A stretch of DNA of 64,000 bases from an uncultured Nitrospiraceae bacterium (GCA_963846575.1 CAWJWJ010000002.1:1760001-1824000), one strand, 5' to 3'. Positions 10,448 through 21,182 are shown, counted from the first letter of the stretch. Translations and numbers: made by a program. Notes: generated by a model from the sequence alone, not told the origin.

Positions 10448-10888
10448 ATGCCCGGAAGCTTTCAATTCCTGGATGACATCGCGCTGGCCGACATGGCCTT
10501 CGACGCGAAAGGAGATGCGCTCCCGGCGCTCTTCACTGCCGCTACGCAGGCCCTCATCGAAAGCCTCGCCGATCCCGCCGGCGTCGCCGACACCTGGCAG
10601 CACGCGGTCGATCTTGAGGAGTCGGACGTGCCTACACTCCTGTTCGAGTGGCTGGGCCGACTGGTCTATCTGAAAGATGCTCATGGGGTGGTGTTCAATC
10701 GCGCCTCATTAACCGTGACGGCGCAACCGGAACGCGCTTCATGGCATCTGCACGCCGAGGTGACCGGTGCCCCGGTCGATCCAACGACACAGGAATTACG
10801 ATCGGACGTCAAGGGTGTTACCAAACATCTCTACGCCGTGACTCAAGACGCCACAGGCTGGACAGCCAGGGTGGTGCTCGACGTATGA
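10448..10888 (+). CDS. Archease
   Basis: N-terminal D..AD, DVKGVTKH, C-terminal VVLDV; directly upstream of rtcB. Confidence 0.88.
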   Translation: MPGSFQFLDDIALADMAFDAKGDALPALFTAATQALIESLADPAGVADTWQHAVDLEESDVPTLLFEWLGRLVYLKDAHGVVFNRASLTVTAQPERASWHLHAEVTGAPVDPTTQELRSDVKGVTKHLYAVTQDATGWTARVVLDV

Positions 10889-11025
10889 AGGATCGGACAT
10901 GCGAGACTCTACCGTCACGAAACGGGTACTGCATGTCTGTCTGACGCGACCCTACGGAACCTTGACCTCAGATGGCAGCCGGCCGAAAATAAGATAGAGA
11001 TCGTTTGTAAAGCTTCGGGAGGGCC

Positions 11026-12477
11026 ATGCCACTCAACACGGACATGCAGGTGAATCGCATCAGCGATTTCATTTGGGAAATTCCGCCCTCCGAAAAGCCG
11101 GGCATGTTGGTTCCCGCGAGGATTTATGCCAGTGCCGGTATTCTGGCGGCCATGGACCGCGGCGTCTTTGAGCAGGTCACGAATGTGGCTTGTCTGCCTG
11201 GTATCCATCGTCACGCTCTCTGCATGCCCGATGGGCATTGGGGTTATGGATTTCCCATCGGCGGGGTCGCCGCATTTGATCCCGCCGACGGCGTGATTTC
11301 TCCGGGAGGCGTCGGGTATGACATCAACTGCGGCATGCGACTGATTCGCACTGATCTCTCCCTGTCCGAAGTGCGTCCGAAACTCGAGCTCCTGATGACC
11401 GAATTATTTCGCCGCGTTCCAGCCGGGGTCGGCGCAAGAGGCTTCGTCAATCTGACGCGGCGTGACTTTCGTGATGTCATGATTCAAGGAGCGGCCTGGT
11501 GCATCAGGAAGGGGTACGGATGGGAAGAGGATCTGGAACGGATCGAAGAACGCGGGTGCCTGCAAGGGGCCGATCCAGCGCATGTTAGCGACTACGCCCT
11601 GGAGCGCGGCATCAACCAGCTCGGCACCCTGGGATCGGGCAATCATTATCTGGAAGTGCAGGTGCTGTCCGACAGGGGCATCTTCGACCGGGAGACGGCC
11701 GCCGCCATGGGCCTCACCGGTCGCGACCAGGTAGTGATTATGGTGCATTGCGGATCGCGCGGCTTTGGCCATCAGGTCGCCAGCGACTATCTGAAGGTTT
11801 TCGAAAAGGCCATGCGCCGTCATGGCATCTCGGTGAAAGACCAGCAACTCGCCTGCGCCCCCTTTCGTTCGCCGGAGGGTCTGGACTACTTCGGCGCCAT
11901 GAACTGCGCAGCCAACACAGCGTTCGCCAACCGCCAGGTCATTACCCATCAAATCCGGGCAGCGTTTGAGGCCGTCTTTGGTGAAAGCGCCCTGAGGCTC
12001 GGCATGCATCTCGTCTATGACGTGGCGCACAATATCGCGAAGGTGGAACGGTATCCGGACGGGGAGTGGCTCGTGCACCGCAAAGGCGCCACCCGGGCAT
12101 TCGGACCCGGTCACCCCGACCTGCCGGAATGTTATCGCGCCATCGGACAGCCGGTGATCTGCGGTGGTTCCATGGAAACGGGTTCGTACCTTCTGGTCGG
12201 GACGGCCGCCGCCACACGCGATACCTTCGGCTCGACGATGCATGGCTCCGGCCGCACCATGTCGCGCGCCCAGGCCAAACGGATGGTCAAGGGTGACCAA
12301 CTGCAGCGCGAGATGAAGCAGCGCGGCATTCTCGTCAAGGCCGTCTCGATGTCGGGCTTGGCGGAGGAGGCCGGACTCGCTTACAAGAACATCTCCGAGG
12401 TGGTTGAAACCGTGGATCGCGCAGGAATTACAAAAAAAGTGGCGGAACTCAAACCAATCGGCAATATAAAGGGCTAA
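11026..12477 (+). CDS. rtcB: RtcB family RNA ligase (archaeal/eukaryotic-like)
   Basis: MPDGHWGYGFPIGG, DINCG, GSGNHYLE, HCGSRG, HRKGATRA, HGSGR, AYK motifs. Confidence 0.96.
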   Translation: MPLNTDMQVNRISDFIWEIPPSEKPGMLVPARIYASAGILAAMDRGVFEQVTNVACLPGIHRHALCMPDGHWGYGFPIGGVAAFDPADGVISPGGVGYDINCGMRLIRTDLSLSEVRPKLELLMTELFRRVPAGVGARGFVNLTRRDFRDVMIQGAAWCIRKGYGWEEDLERIEERGCLQGADPAHVSDYALERGINQLGTLGSGNHYLEVQVLSDRGIFDRETAAAMGLTGRDQVVIMVHCGSRGFGHQVASDYLKVFEKAMRRHGISVKDQQLACAPFRSPEGLDYFGAMNCAANTAFANRQVITHQIRAAFEAVFGESALRLGMHLVYDVAHNIAKVERYPDGEWLVHRKGATRAFGPGHPDLPECYRAIGQPVICGGSMETGSYLLVGTAAATRDTFGSTMHGSGRTMSRAQAKRMVKGDQLQREMKQRGILVKAVSMSGLAEEAGLAYKNISEVVETVDRAGITKKVAELKPIGNIKG

Positions 12478-12500
12478 CGCATTATCCCTGTGACGTTACT

Positions 12501-12860
12501 ATGGACCATCGGCAGCACCCGCGGTTTCCCGTCAGGTTTCACAGTTCTTTTTGTTCCGTAAACCTGGTAGCGGGGGACGGAATCGTGATCGATCTCTCCC
12601 TACGGGGATGCGGGATGCTCAGTCCTCTCGACATCCAGCCCGGCACGACCCTTGAACTTCGCTTGTATACGCCCAACAGCGAGAAACTGCTCACGATCGA
12701 GCAGGCGGTGGTCCGCTGGTATACCGGCGGGCGAGCGGGCCTCGAATTTGTATCGTTGCAACCGGAGGAATGGGCACGCCTCCAGGAAGTCCTGACAGGC
12801 ATCAATCGTGAACCCTCTCAAGAGTCCGATGAACAGACCGGGCTTACCCGGCACCAGTGA
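12501..12860 (+). CDS. PilZ domain protein (c-di-GMP receptor)
   Basis: RQHPR (RxxxR) and DLSLRG (DxSxxG) motifs; GLEF. Confidence 0.88.
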   Translation: MDHRQHPRFPVRFHSSFCSVNLVAGDGIVIDLSLRGCGMLSPLDIQPGTTLELRLYTPNSEKLLTIEQAVVRWYTGGRAGLEFVSLQPEEWARLQEVLTGINREPSQESDEQTGLTRHQ

Positions 12861-13211
12861 GTCGGCATCAGGCACGACACGCAACGGCGATAAGAACACC
12901 GGATCTGGAATGCGGCAGCAACTCGCTCGAAGGTTCCCGCCAGTCTGCTTTGAAAAGTCGGATCAAGGCGTGAATCGAGACGCCTCAAGAAACGCCGGAC
13001 CGCTCATCCACGGGGTGGAGAAGCAAACTCCTTCCCGGAATTGGCCGATGTTTCCAACTATCGAAGCCGAGTCGGTCGCGACACGCGGACTCACATGTGC
13101 CGCAGTCAAGAGCAACCGCGGCATACGAAGGTGGACGCGTAACGAACGCGCCACCGGCACACTTTCAACACCGGACTTAGACGCACCCCCGTGCATTGAG
13201 GAGGATTCAGA

Positions 13212-13937
13212 ATGGTTCACGCGCCAGCCCATGCATCAGCATTGCCCCGTACATGGCTCCCGGCAGTCCTGATCAGTGGCATCGTCTCCATCCTGTGCGC
13301 GACAGCACTCTATGTCCTCCTGGCGCAACAGGATCGCTCGCTGGTCGCTCAGCGTAATGCCGCGGCCGTGACGGCAGTCGAATCAAGCGGGCGCGCCATG
13401 GCACGCACCTTCGCCTGGTTCAGTGAGTCGCTGCTCGGCGAACATCTCGCCAACGTCCAGCAGGCCCTGGAGGGAGAACCCGCTCCGAGCGGTCTGGTTG
13501 AGGCCGCCGTCATATCTGACAACAACCTCATCGTCGCGGCCCGCGATCCCGTTTCCATCGGCAGGCAGCTCCAGGATCCCGGATGGTTGGCCGCGCGGCA
13601 AACCCCGGCAGGATCCGTTTCCTCCGGTCTCGAACGAGGACGTCAGGTGCTGATCGTGGTGGAACCGCTTCGTCAGCAGGATCACATCATCGGCTGGGTT
13701 CGACTCGTGTTCGCCGTGCCCCAGGATAGCGCCACGGTGCGCTCGATCGAAGATCTGGCGCGTGACGTGGCTCTCGTGGCCGTGCCCCTCTTCCTGTTAT
13801 TGGCCACCTTACTGATCCTCGTCCTGCGCGGACTCATGAGTCAGGTGCGATCACTCCTCGGCAACATTCTCCTGGAAGCCATGGGAGAGGCTCACGAAGC
13901 CCCGGAGGGAAGCGTGGAACTATCCAAGGCCAGTTGA
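13212..13937 (+). CDS. Two-TM membrane protein with periplasmic Cache-like sensor domain and no output domain
   Basis: GGAGGA RBS; TM - about 140 aa periplasmic segment ending PLRQQDHIIGWVRLVF - TM; short tail. Confidence 0.65.
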   Translation: MVHAPAHASALPRTWLPAVLISGIVSILCATALYVLLAQQDRSLVAQRNAAAVTAVESSGRAMARTFAWFSESLLGEHLANVQQALEGEPAPSGLVEAAVISDNNLIVAARDPVSIGRQLQDPGWLAARQTPAGSVSSGLERGRQVLIVVEPLRQQDHIIGWVRLVFAVPQDSATVRSIEDLARDVALVAVPLFLLLATLLILVLRGLMSQVRSLLGNILLEAMGEAHEAPEGSVELSKAS

Positions 13938-14041
13938 ACGTCGAACCGTGCTGCTCACTGCAAGCTCAGGAAATCTCACCTTGCTCAACCTTTCAACTTC
14001 GCGCCGGCACTCAGCAAGTACTATTTATCTAGCACTTCGGC

Positions 14042-14068
14042 TGAAGTCTGATACCCTCAAGCCGAGAC
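14042..14068 (+). promoter_or_regulatory. Possible sigma28 (FliA)-type promoter
   Basis: TGAA-N15-GCCGAGAC versus consensus TAAA-N15-GCCGATAA, about 100 bp upstream of the c-di-GMP gene. Confidence 0.3.
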
Positions 14069-14168
14069 AACATGGATCACGCAACACCCAGGATACTGCC
14101 CGTCGGTCCCTGAGCGCCGGAGCGGGGGACTTCATACCGGCTCATCGAGTTTCGCCAAAGACAGCGCT

Positions 14169-16295
14169 ATGACTCAAGCTCGTCCCGTCATACTGGTCAT
14201 CGATGACGATCCCGTCACACGGCTCTTCGTCCGAAGCGCCCTGGAACCGGCCGGGATGGTCGTGGAAGAGGCACCGGGAGGGCATGAGGCGGTGGCGATG
14301 TTCGACAGCCTCAAACCCGACCTGCTCGTGCTGGATCTCACGATGCCGGAGATGGACGGCTGTCTGACCTGCTCCCGGATCCGTTCACTCCCGCGCGGAA
14401 AGCGCGTTCCTATCCTGATCCTTACGGGATTGGACGACGCGAGTTCCATCGCTCGAGCCTATCAACACGGTGCCACCGACTTCATCAACAAGCCGGTCAA
14501 TCCGACCATTCTCTGCCACCATATCCGATACATGCTCAGAACCAGCAATGTGCTGCACGCGCTCCTCCGAAGCGAAGCGCGGTTGGAATTGGCACAACGC
14601 ATCGCGCGCATCGGCAATTGGGATTGGAACCCCAGGACGAATCGCGTCGCCATGTCCAACGAACTCTGCCGTCTGGTCGGCATTCTTCCCCCCAATTTTT
14701 CCGGCACCTTTCAGGCCTTTCTGGGCCTCGTCCATCAGGACGACCGCGCGGGCGTGGAGGAGGCGCTGATGGAACTCATCAGTCACGGAACGCCCTGCGA
14801 TATTGACCATCGCATTGTGCTGCCCGACGGAACGGACTTCACGGCCCACCTACAGGCCGAGGGGGTGCGGGAGGAGGAGTCAGGGGAGCTGACGGTTGTC
14901 GGCACGGCCCAGGATATCACCGAACGCAAACAGGCGGAACAGGCCATCCACCGCCTCGCGTATTATGACAGCTTGACCGGCCTCGCCAATCGTGTGCTGT
15001 TCAAGGATCGGTTATCCAATTCGCTGTCCTATGCCGACCGCCACCATCTGCACCTCGCTACATTGTTTATCGACTTGGATCGATTCAAGGTCATCAACGA
15101 TACCCTGGGGCATACGGTCGGAGATCTCCTGCTCACGCATGTCGCGGAACGGCTCAGTGATTCCGTGCGCCAGAGCGACTCGGTCGGCCGCCATGCCGAC
15201 CATGAACCCTCACATGCGCTCGCCCGCCTTGGCGGAGACGAATTCACCATTCTCCTGACGACGCTGCCGCGCCCGGAAGATGCCGGGAGGGTGGCTCGTC
15301 GAATCCTTGATTCGCTAGCCCATCCGTTTAACATCGACGGACACGAAATCTTTATATCGGCCAGCATCGGCATTTCCATCTTTCCATCGGACGGCACGAC
15401 CGTGGAAGCGTTGTTGAAAAACGCCGACACCGCGATGTACCACGCCAAGGAGCAAGGCCGGAATAATTGCCAATTTTATTCGTCCGGCCTGAATGCCGCC
15501 GCAGGCGAGCGGCTGGAGCTCGAGAGCGATCTCCGGCGCGCATTGGAGCGCCAGGAATTCGTCGTCTACTATCAGCCCAAGCTGAATATTCATTCCCGTA
15601 GAATATTGGGCGCGGAGGCATTGGTGCGGTGGAATCATCCCAAACGCGGTCTTGTGCCTCCAGGGGTGTTTCTGAATGCGGCGATCGATACGGGGCTGAT
15701 CCGCTCGATGGACGAGTGGGTCCTGCGAGAGGCCTGCCGTCAAGTGAAGGCCTGGGAACAGGATGGGCTTCCGGCTATCACCGTGTCCGCGAATGTTTCG
15801 AATTCGTTGTTCCACGGACGGACGTTGCCGGGAACCGTGGCCGATGCCCTTCGCGACTCTGGGCTCAATCCCTCTCAGCTTGAACTCGAATTGACGGAGT
15901 CCATCGCCATGCGCGACGTCGAAGCCTCCGTCACGATGCTTGAAGGACTCCGCACGATGGGCGTGCGCTTGTCGATCGACGACTTCGGGACCGGTTATTC
16001 ATCCCTGAGCTACCTCCAGCGATTCCCCCTCAGCCGGTTGAAAATCGATCAGTCGTTTGTCAGAGACCTGCTGACGAACGAAAACAACGTCAAGATCACC
16101 AGGGCCATCATCGCAATGGCACACAGTCTGAATCTCTCGGTCTTGGCCGAAGGCGTAGAAACGGATGCGCAGTTGGCTCGATTGCGGCAGGAAGGATGCG
16201 ATGAAGTTCAGGGGTACTTATTCAGCCGTCCGGTCAGCGCCTCGGATTTCGAAGCCCTTCTCAGGAGCGATGCCGGTGCCCGTACAGCAGCGTGA
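14169..16295 (+). CDS. REC-PAS-GGDEF-EAL diguanylate cyclase/phosphodiesterase response regulator
   Basis: REC (DD, DLTMP, KP), PAS, intact [21 protein letters not shown]. Confidence 0.95.
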   Translation: MTQARPVILVIDDDPVTRLFVRSALEPAGMVVEEAPGGHEAVAMFDSLKPDLLVLDLTMPEMDGCLTCSRIRSLPRGKRVPILILTGLDDASSIARAYQHGATDFINKPVNPTILCHHIRYMLRTSNVLHALLRSEARLELAQRIARIGNWDWNPRTNRVAMSNELCRLVGILPPNFSGTFQAFLGLVHQDDRAGVEEALMELISHGTPCDIDHRIVLPDGTDFTAHLQAEGVREEESGELTVVGTAQDITERKQAEQAIHRLAYYDSLTGLANRVLFKDRLSNSLSYADRHHLHLATLFIDLDRFKVINDTLGHTVGDLLLTHVAERLSDSVRQSDSVGRHADHEPSHALARLGGDEFTILLTTLPRPEDAGRVARRILDSLAHPFNIDGHEIFISASIGISIFPSDGTTVEALLKNADTAMYHAKEQGRNNCQFYSSGLNAAAGERLELESDLRRALERQEFVVYYQPKLNIHSRRILGAEALVRWNHPKRGLVPPGVFLNAAIDTGLIRSMDEWVLREACRQVKAWEQDGLPAITVSANVSNSLFHGRTLPGTVADALRDSGLNPSQLELELTESIAMRDVEASVTMLEGLRTMGVRLSIDDFGTGYSSLSYLQRFPLSRLKIDQSFVRDLLTNENNVKITRAIIAMAHSLNLSVLAEGVETDAQLARLRQEGCDEVQGYLFSRPVSASDFEALLRSDAGARTAA

Positions 16296-17967
16296 CATTG
16301 ATTCGCCGGTTGCTCAGCCCTTCCTTGAAGGTAATGTCATCGGTTTCGTGAAACAGATCTGAGTTGAAGAGCACCGCTCGATTGGCCCGATAGGGTATTT
16401 TGATTTCCTGGGCGCCCTGTTGAGTCAGCCATTCGTAAATCTTGCCCCGGTTCATGTCGCTATTGTAGGTCTTGAAGTCCCAGTCCTGCGGGGCTTCCTT
16501 GTCCCAGACCACCAGCCCTCCGCTCTCAGGTCTCAGATTCGCATCGTCGGGGGTAATCCAGAAATTGACGTTGACCGCCGCGGCATCGGCATGGATATTC
16601 AATCCGCGCCTACCGCTGTCGTGTTTGAACGCCCAGGCCTGCGTCAGACGATGCTCGCCGAAGATACGCGGCAACCGCCGCCGTAGCTCCTCTGCAATTT
16701 GCAGCAACAGGGGAGAAGCGAACCCGTCGCCGAGAAAGGCCCCGATGTACCCGTTTTCATAATCCTTCTTCCAGATCGTCGAGGCCCAGCAGAAATGCCG
16801 TAACCGCCGCAAGGCTTCATCCGACAGCAAGCCATCGATAAAGGTCACTTCCGGCTGCCTGGCGTGGTATCGGGCCTCGATCTCCGCCACGTCAAGATCT
16901 CTGCTGAGCGCGCCTTCGGCTACCACCTCACAGGGTGCGACATAAATCAGTCGATTATACGAAGCCGCGATCGTCTGCAGATCCTCAGGCGCCACCGCCA
17001 CGCGGTTTGGAGCCGCTTCCATGCCCGCTGCGGCAGGCTCGACCATTGCCTTCACCCGTTCCAACGCGTGAGAGTACGGACGCCAGGCGTCCCCCGCGAG
17101 ACCAGCCTCCAGGAGATAGTGGAGTTGTTCGGCATCATGCTTGAGGCGGGAGCGGAACACCGTCGCATCTGTGACCGGCCGGCCGTGATCATGTTTGGCT
17201 TGGGCTGTGGCCGCAAAACAACGCAAGGCGAGAAGAGGATCCTCATGCCATATCCCGGCGATCCCGAGATTATAGCGGGCCGTGGCATACCCTGGCTGAT
17301 GTTGAAGCGCCCGCTCAAAACAGCCGATGGCGTCGGCCACACGACCTTGCTCCATCAAGACGAGACCCAGGTTGTTCTGCGCCTCCACATGAGTCGGCTT
17401 GAGTGCGATGGCCCGACGGTAGGCCTCCGCGGCAGCCTCCAGCCGGCCCTGCGCCTTCAGCACGACGCCGAGATTGTTCTGGGCTTCGACATGATCCGGT
17501 TTGATGACGAGCGCCTGCTCATACGCCGATTGCGCAGCCTCCAGCCGTCCCATCTCTTGGTAGACATTGCCGAGGTTCGTACGAGGTTCGAGATAACGCG
17601 GATTGAGCTGAATCGCCTGATTGTAGGATTGGATCGCTTCGTCAAGCAGGCCGGCGCGCTGCAGCACGACGCCGTGATTGAACCAATAGACGGGATTGCG
17701 AGGGCCTGCCGCACAGGCCTGTGACAGCCACCCGATGGCATGTTTCAGGTCGCCCCGCCGATAGGTCAGCAGTCCCAACCCATGCAACGCATCAGGCTGA
17801 GCCGGTACGCGCTCCAGAATCAGGCGATACCCTCGCTCCGCTTCATCCCAGCGGCCGCCCTGGTGATGCGTCTGCGCGTCGCGGAGGAGTGCGGGCATCG
17901 CGACCCCGGCCGCTCCGGCTTTCCTCGCGAGCAGCTTTTCCTCGCGACGGCGCTCCTCGCGATTCAC
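16261..17967 (-). CDS. TPR-repeat protein with C-terminal 2OG-Fe(II) oxygenase-like domain
   Basis: About 6 TPR repeats (NNLG...AY..AL); C-terminal IHAD...NVNFW...GGL...NRAVLF...FH...RIN. Confidence 0.8.
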   Translation of the reverse strand: MNREERRREEKLLARKAGAAGVAMPALLRDAQTHHQGGRWDEAERGYRLILERVPAQPDALHGLGLLTYRRGDLKHAIGWLSQACAAGPRNPVYWFNHGVVLQRAGLLDEAIQSYNQAIQLNPRYLEPRTNLGNVYQEMGRLEAAQSAYEQALVIKPDHVEAQNNLGVVLKAQGRLEAAAEAYRRAIALKPTHVEAQNNLGLVLMEQGRVADAIGCFERALQHQPGYATARYNLGIAGIWHEDPLLALRCFAATAQAKHDHGRPVTDATVFRSRLKHDAEQLHYLLEAGLAGDAWRPYSHALERVKAMVEPAAAGMEAAPNRVAVAPEDLQTIAASYNRLIYVAPCEVVAEGALSRDLDVAEIEARYHARQPEVTFIDGLLSDEALRRLRHFCWASTIWKKDYENGYIGAFLGDGFASPLLLQIAEELRRRLPRIFGEHRLTQAWAFKHDSGRRGLNIHADAAAVNVNFWITPDDANLRPESGGLVVWDKEAPQDWDFKTYNSDMNRGKIYEWLTQQGAQEIKIPYRANRAVLFNSDLFHETDDITFKEGLSNRRINVTLLYGHRHRS

Positions 17968-18057
17968 AGTGACTCCTCCACCAGCGGCGTAACCGGCCGG
18001 TTCAGAGAGTATCGTACCTGCGGGGTCGGGGTCAAAGCAGAATAGGGCAGGGACCGC

Positions 18058-19479
18058 TCAGGCGGCCTCGGCGGTGCTGTGACGCTTGCGTCGCTGACCG
18101 AGAATATCGAGTGCCGCCACCCGATAGGCCTCGGCAAAGGTAGGAAAGCTGAAAATGGTATCGATAAACCGATCGATGGTGGCCCCATCTTGTAATGCCA
18201 TCTGTCCGAGATGGATCAACTCGGTGGCATCCTCTCCGACGATCTGCACGCCTAATAGCCGGTCCCCGGAGGGATCGGCCACGAGTTTCAGGAGACCGTC
18301 GCATGCACCGGTGATCTGGCCCTTGGCAATTTCCATGAAATGCGCCCGGCCGATCAGCGGGCTATGGTAGCGGGCATTGGCCTGCTCCTCATTCAGCCCG
18401 ATGGAGGCCATCTCCGGAATGGTATAGATCCCGACCGGCACTTGATGGCTCGAATCGCCCACCGGAAGACCAAGCGCGTAACTCACCGCGCGACGGCCTT
18501 CTTCCATTGCCTGGGACGCGAGGGCCGGGGGTCGTCCCAGCATGTCACCGGCTGCAAAAATATGGGGCACCAGGGTTTGCCCGCATTCGTTGACGGGGAG
18601 GTGCCCCTTCGCGTCCAGCGCCAATCCCGCCGCTTCGAGGTGTAGCTCCTCCACATTCGGCTGCCGGCCCATTGCCACCAGCATCTTTTCACTTTTGACC
18701 GCCATCCCGTTTTCAAGCCGCGCCACGACGGCGGACACGCCGTCCCAGGCCACCTCGGTCACGCTCTGCCCGACATAAAACCGGCCGCCCTGTCGTTCGA
18801 AGCTGCGCATGAAGACTTCCACGACCTCTTTATCCAGAAAGGACAGCGGTCTGGGGGCCCTGTCGATGAGCGTAACTTCGACCCCGAGCAATGCGAACGT
18901 CGAGGCATATTCACAAGCAATGACGCCCCCGCCCAGGATCGTCAACGAGCGAGGCAGATAGATCATCGACAGAATGGAATCGCTATCGAGGACATGTTCG
19001 TGATCGATCGGAATCTCCGGGATCGAACGTGGTCGCGAGCCCGTCGCCAGCACGATGGTGTCCGCCAGCAACGTCTGACAGGGGCCATCCACCGCCTCGA
19101 GCTGGACCTCATGCGGCGACAGCAGCCGGGCACGGCCATGCCGGAAGGTGACGCCGTTGCGCGCGAGTTGACTCGCCATATAACACTCATGCGCCTTGAC
19201 CACTTCATCCAATCGATGGAGAAGCACGGACATCGGAAGGTCAAGCCGGAGCCGCCCTTCAAATACCTCCGTCGACCGCTTCAGTCGCTCGAACTGCAGC
19301 GCCGTTTCTCGGAGCGTTTTGCTGGGAATGGTTCCGCGGTAGACGCAGTTGCCGCCGATGCCCTGTTCCTGCTCGATCAACACCACGCGTTTGCCGGCCT
19401 TGGCGCCTTGAATGGCAGCCTTCTGACCGGCAGGACCGCTTCCAACCACGACAATGTCATAGGCAGAGGCCGACATCAT
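18058..19479 (-). CDS. sthA: Soluble pyridine nucleotide transhydrogenase
   Basis: GSGPAG FAD motif; GGNCVYRGTIPSK (second Cys replaced by Thr); C-terminal FPTFAEAYRVAALD. Confidence 0.9.
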   Translation of the reverse strand: MMSASAYDIVVVGSGPAGQKAAIQGAKAGKRVVLIEQEQGIGGNCVYRGTIPSKTLRETALQFERLKRSTEVFEGRLRLDLPMSVLLHRLDEVVKAHECYMASQLARNGVTFRHGRARLLSPHEVQLEAVDGPCQTLLADTIVLATGSRPRSIPEIPIDHEHVLDSDSILSMIYLPRSLTILGGGVIACEYASTFALLGVEVTLIDRAPRPLSFLDKEVVEVFMRSFERQGGRFYVGQSVTEVAWDGVSAVVARLENGMAVKSEKMLVAMGRQPNVEELHLEAAGLALDAKGHLPVNECGQTLVPHIFAAGDMLGRPPALASQAMEEGRRAVSYALGLPVGDSSHQVPVGIYTIPEMASIGLNEEQANARYHSPLIGRAHFMEIAKGQITGACDGLLKLVADPSGDRLLGVQIVGEDATELIHLGQMALQDGATIDRFIDTIFSFPTFAEAYRVAALDILGQRRKRHSTAEAA

Positions 19480-20357
19480 AACGGCATGGCCTCCACAACC
19501 TTGCGCACTTGCTCCTTGAGAGCCAATAAGGCATCGATATCCTTGGGGTACAAATTCAAGTCGGCGAATACCGCATGGTCACGCACCGTCGCCTCGTCAA
19601 ACCCCTCTGGATCGAGAAAATGCCGTGCCAATCGATCAGCCAGGCAGGTTGTCATACACTCCTGTTTGGCAGCTTTGGCGTAATTATAATTGCTATGGAA
19701 GCCAATTGATTCCACCACCGGCGGCGGCAGGCCCCAGTCTTCGGCCACCAGCAGGCCCACTTGGGTGTGATACCCATCCAGCAACTGGAACAGGAGTTCG
19801 CGCGACAGGGAACTGGCTTTATCCTTTGCCAACGCGACGATGGTCTGCAACACGACCGGTTTGCCGATGCCATGCAAAAGACCGCACAGGTAGGCGCTTT
19901 CGACGTTGAAGCGCCGCATGCGCGCAATTTCCTTGGCATAGGCCCCGCTGGCCAGGGAATGCTGCCACAGGCGTTTGACGTCGGCATCCCATCCGGGAAC
20001 CTTGAACGCACTGCCCTTGATCGACGCAGAAAACGCCAATTCCGACATCAAGTTCATCCCCAGCAACGACACCGCATGTTGAAGAGAGACGACCGGATTG
20101 CGGGTCATATAGGCCGGGGAGTTGGCAATGCGGATCACATGGGCCGCAAGGGCCTGGTCCTGATGGATGAGTGCCGCCAGTTTGGCCGCCTCCGCATCCG
20201 GGTCGTAGACCATGCTCAAGATCCGTGAGGCCACCTGCGGCAGCAGCGGCAGCTCTATAGCTCCCTTTTGAATACGTTCGATCAGAAGTGGTTCCAGCAG
20301 TTCAATGGATGCCGCGTCCGTCGACTGAGGAAGTTTCGCGCTCATAGACTCACACAT
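19476..20357 (-). CDS. HDOD domain protein
   Basis: LPLLP, DQALAAHVIRIANSP, LWQHS, GLLHGIGK, WGLP; ATGA overlap with sthA. Confidence 0.9.
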   Translation of the reverse strand: MCESMSAKLPQSTDAASIELLEPLLIERIQKGAIELPLLPQVASRILSMVYDPDAEAAKLAALIHQDQALAAHVIRIANSPAYMTRNPVVSLQHAVSLLGMNLMSELAFSASIKGSAFKVPGWDADVKRLWQHSLASGAYAKEIARMRRFNVESAYLCGLLHGIGKPVVLQTIVALAKDKASSLSRELLFQLLDGYHTQVGLLVAEDWGLPPPVVESIGFHSNYNYAKAAKQECMTTCLADRLARHFLDPEGFDEATVRDHAVFADLNLYPKDIDALLALKEQVRKVVEAMPL

Positions 20358-20392
20358 ATATAAGGGTGGATAGATGTCTGCGTTGTAGATCC

Positions 20393-20420
20393 TTGTCGGC
20401 TTCTTCGGCGAAAAACCTTA
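20393..20420 (-). promoter_or_regulatory. Possible sigma28-type promoter for HDOD-sthA
   Basis: Minus strand TAAGGTTT-N12-GCCGACAA versus TAAAGTTT-N11-GCCGATAA. Confidence 0.4.
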
Positions 20421-20529
20421 ACCGCAGCTCCCTCAGGGGTCCAGGACAACCCGTTGTTGATGAATGGTATAATGGCCCTTTCCTAAAACGGGATGTCTCC
20501 GCGCATCCGAACCTAGAAGGAGTGAGCCT

Positions 20530-20976
20530 ATGATCCTGGGGAGAATCCTGCTGCTGCTCTGGGTACAAGGAACCTGTCTGACAATCATCCCATGGACAGG
20601 ACAAGCCGGCGAGCCGCCACAGCCCTCGACAACCGACAGAATGGTACGAGACTCCAGAGACGCCTTCGAGGCGACCAAACAGTACACCCTCCAGCAAAAA
20701 GAGACGTTCCAGCAAACCGTCCAGGTAGAACTGAACGAGTTGCAGATAAAGATCGCGGAACTCCGGAAAAGAGCCAGTGCCGCCTCCGTGGAGGCCAGGG
20801 GAGAGTTGCAGAAGGCCATTCAGGAGCTTGAGAAAAAGAAGGACGCGGCCAGGAAGAAACTCGAAGAGTTGCATGCATCGACCAGCTCAGCCTGGAGCAT
20901 CATGAGAGACGGCATGACCGCCGCGGTGGAAGATTTGAAAAAAAGCTATAAGGAGGCAGTCTCAAAGCTGCCTTAG
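20530..20976 (+). CDS. Exported coiled-coil hypothetical protein
   Basis: AAGGAG RBS, signal peptide, helical heptad body; extended -10 TGGTATAAT at 20465-20473. Confidence 0.75.
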   Translation: MILGRILLLLWVQGTCLTIIPWTGQAGEPPQPSTTDRMVRDSRDAFEATKQYTLQQKETFQQTVQVELNELQIKIAELRKRASAASVEARGELQKAIQELEKKKDAARKKLEELHASTSSAWSIMRDGMTAAVEDLKKSYKEAVSKLP

Positions 20977-21182
20977 CAGGCCTGCCTTACGGAAGGGGAC
21001 CATCCGGCTAATCAGGAGATCAGGGCACTGCCGGTAGGCAGACAGCAACGCAGAATACCCTGTATCGTCCTTATCATCCATGGAACCGCCAACGATCCGC
21101 CGCGTCAGCTTCTCGCTGTTCATCACGGGGCGAAATACGGTATGGTTGGCGACAGAAGCTCGAGCGAGAGGCGACGGAACCG

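Noticed and set aside
12808..13272. 154-aa ORF between PilZ and the sensor gene
   Set aside because: It overlaps both neighbours, has no RBS or domain signal and has atypical composition.
17250..17800. DNA tandem repeats or CRISPR-like array
   Set aside because: The periodic similarity is explained by 34-aa TPR coding repeats. I saw no repeat-spacer array anywhere in the window.
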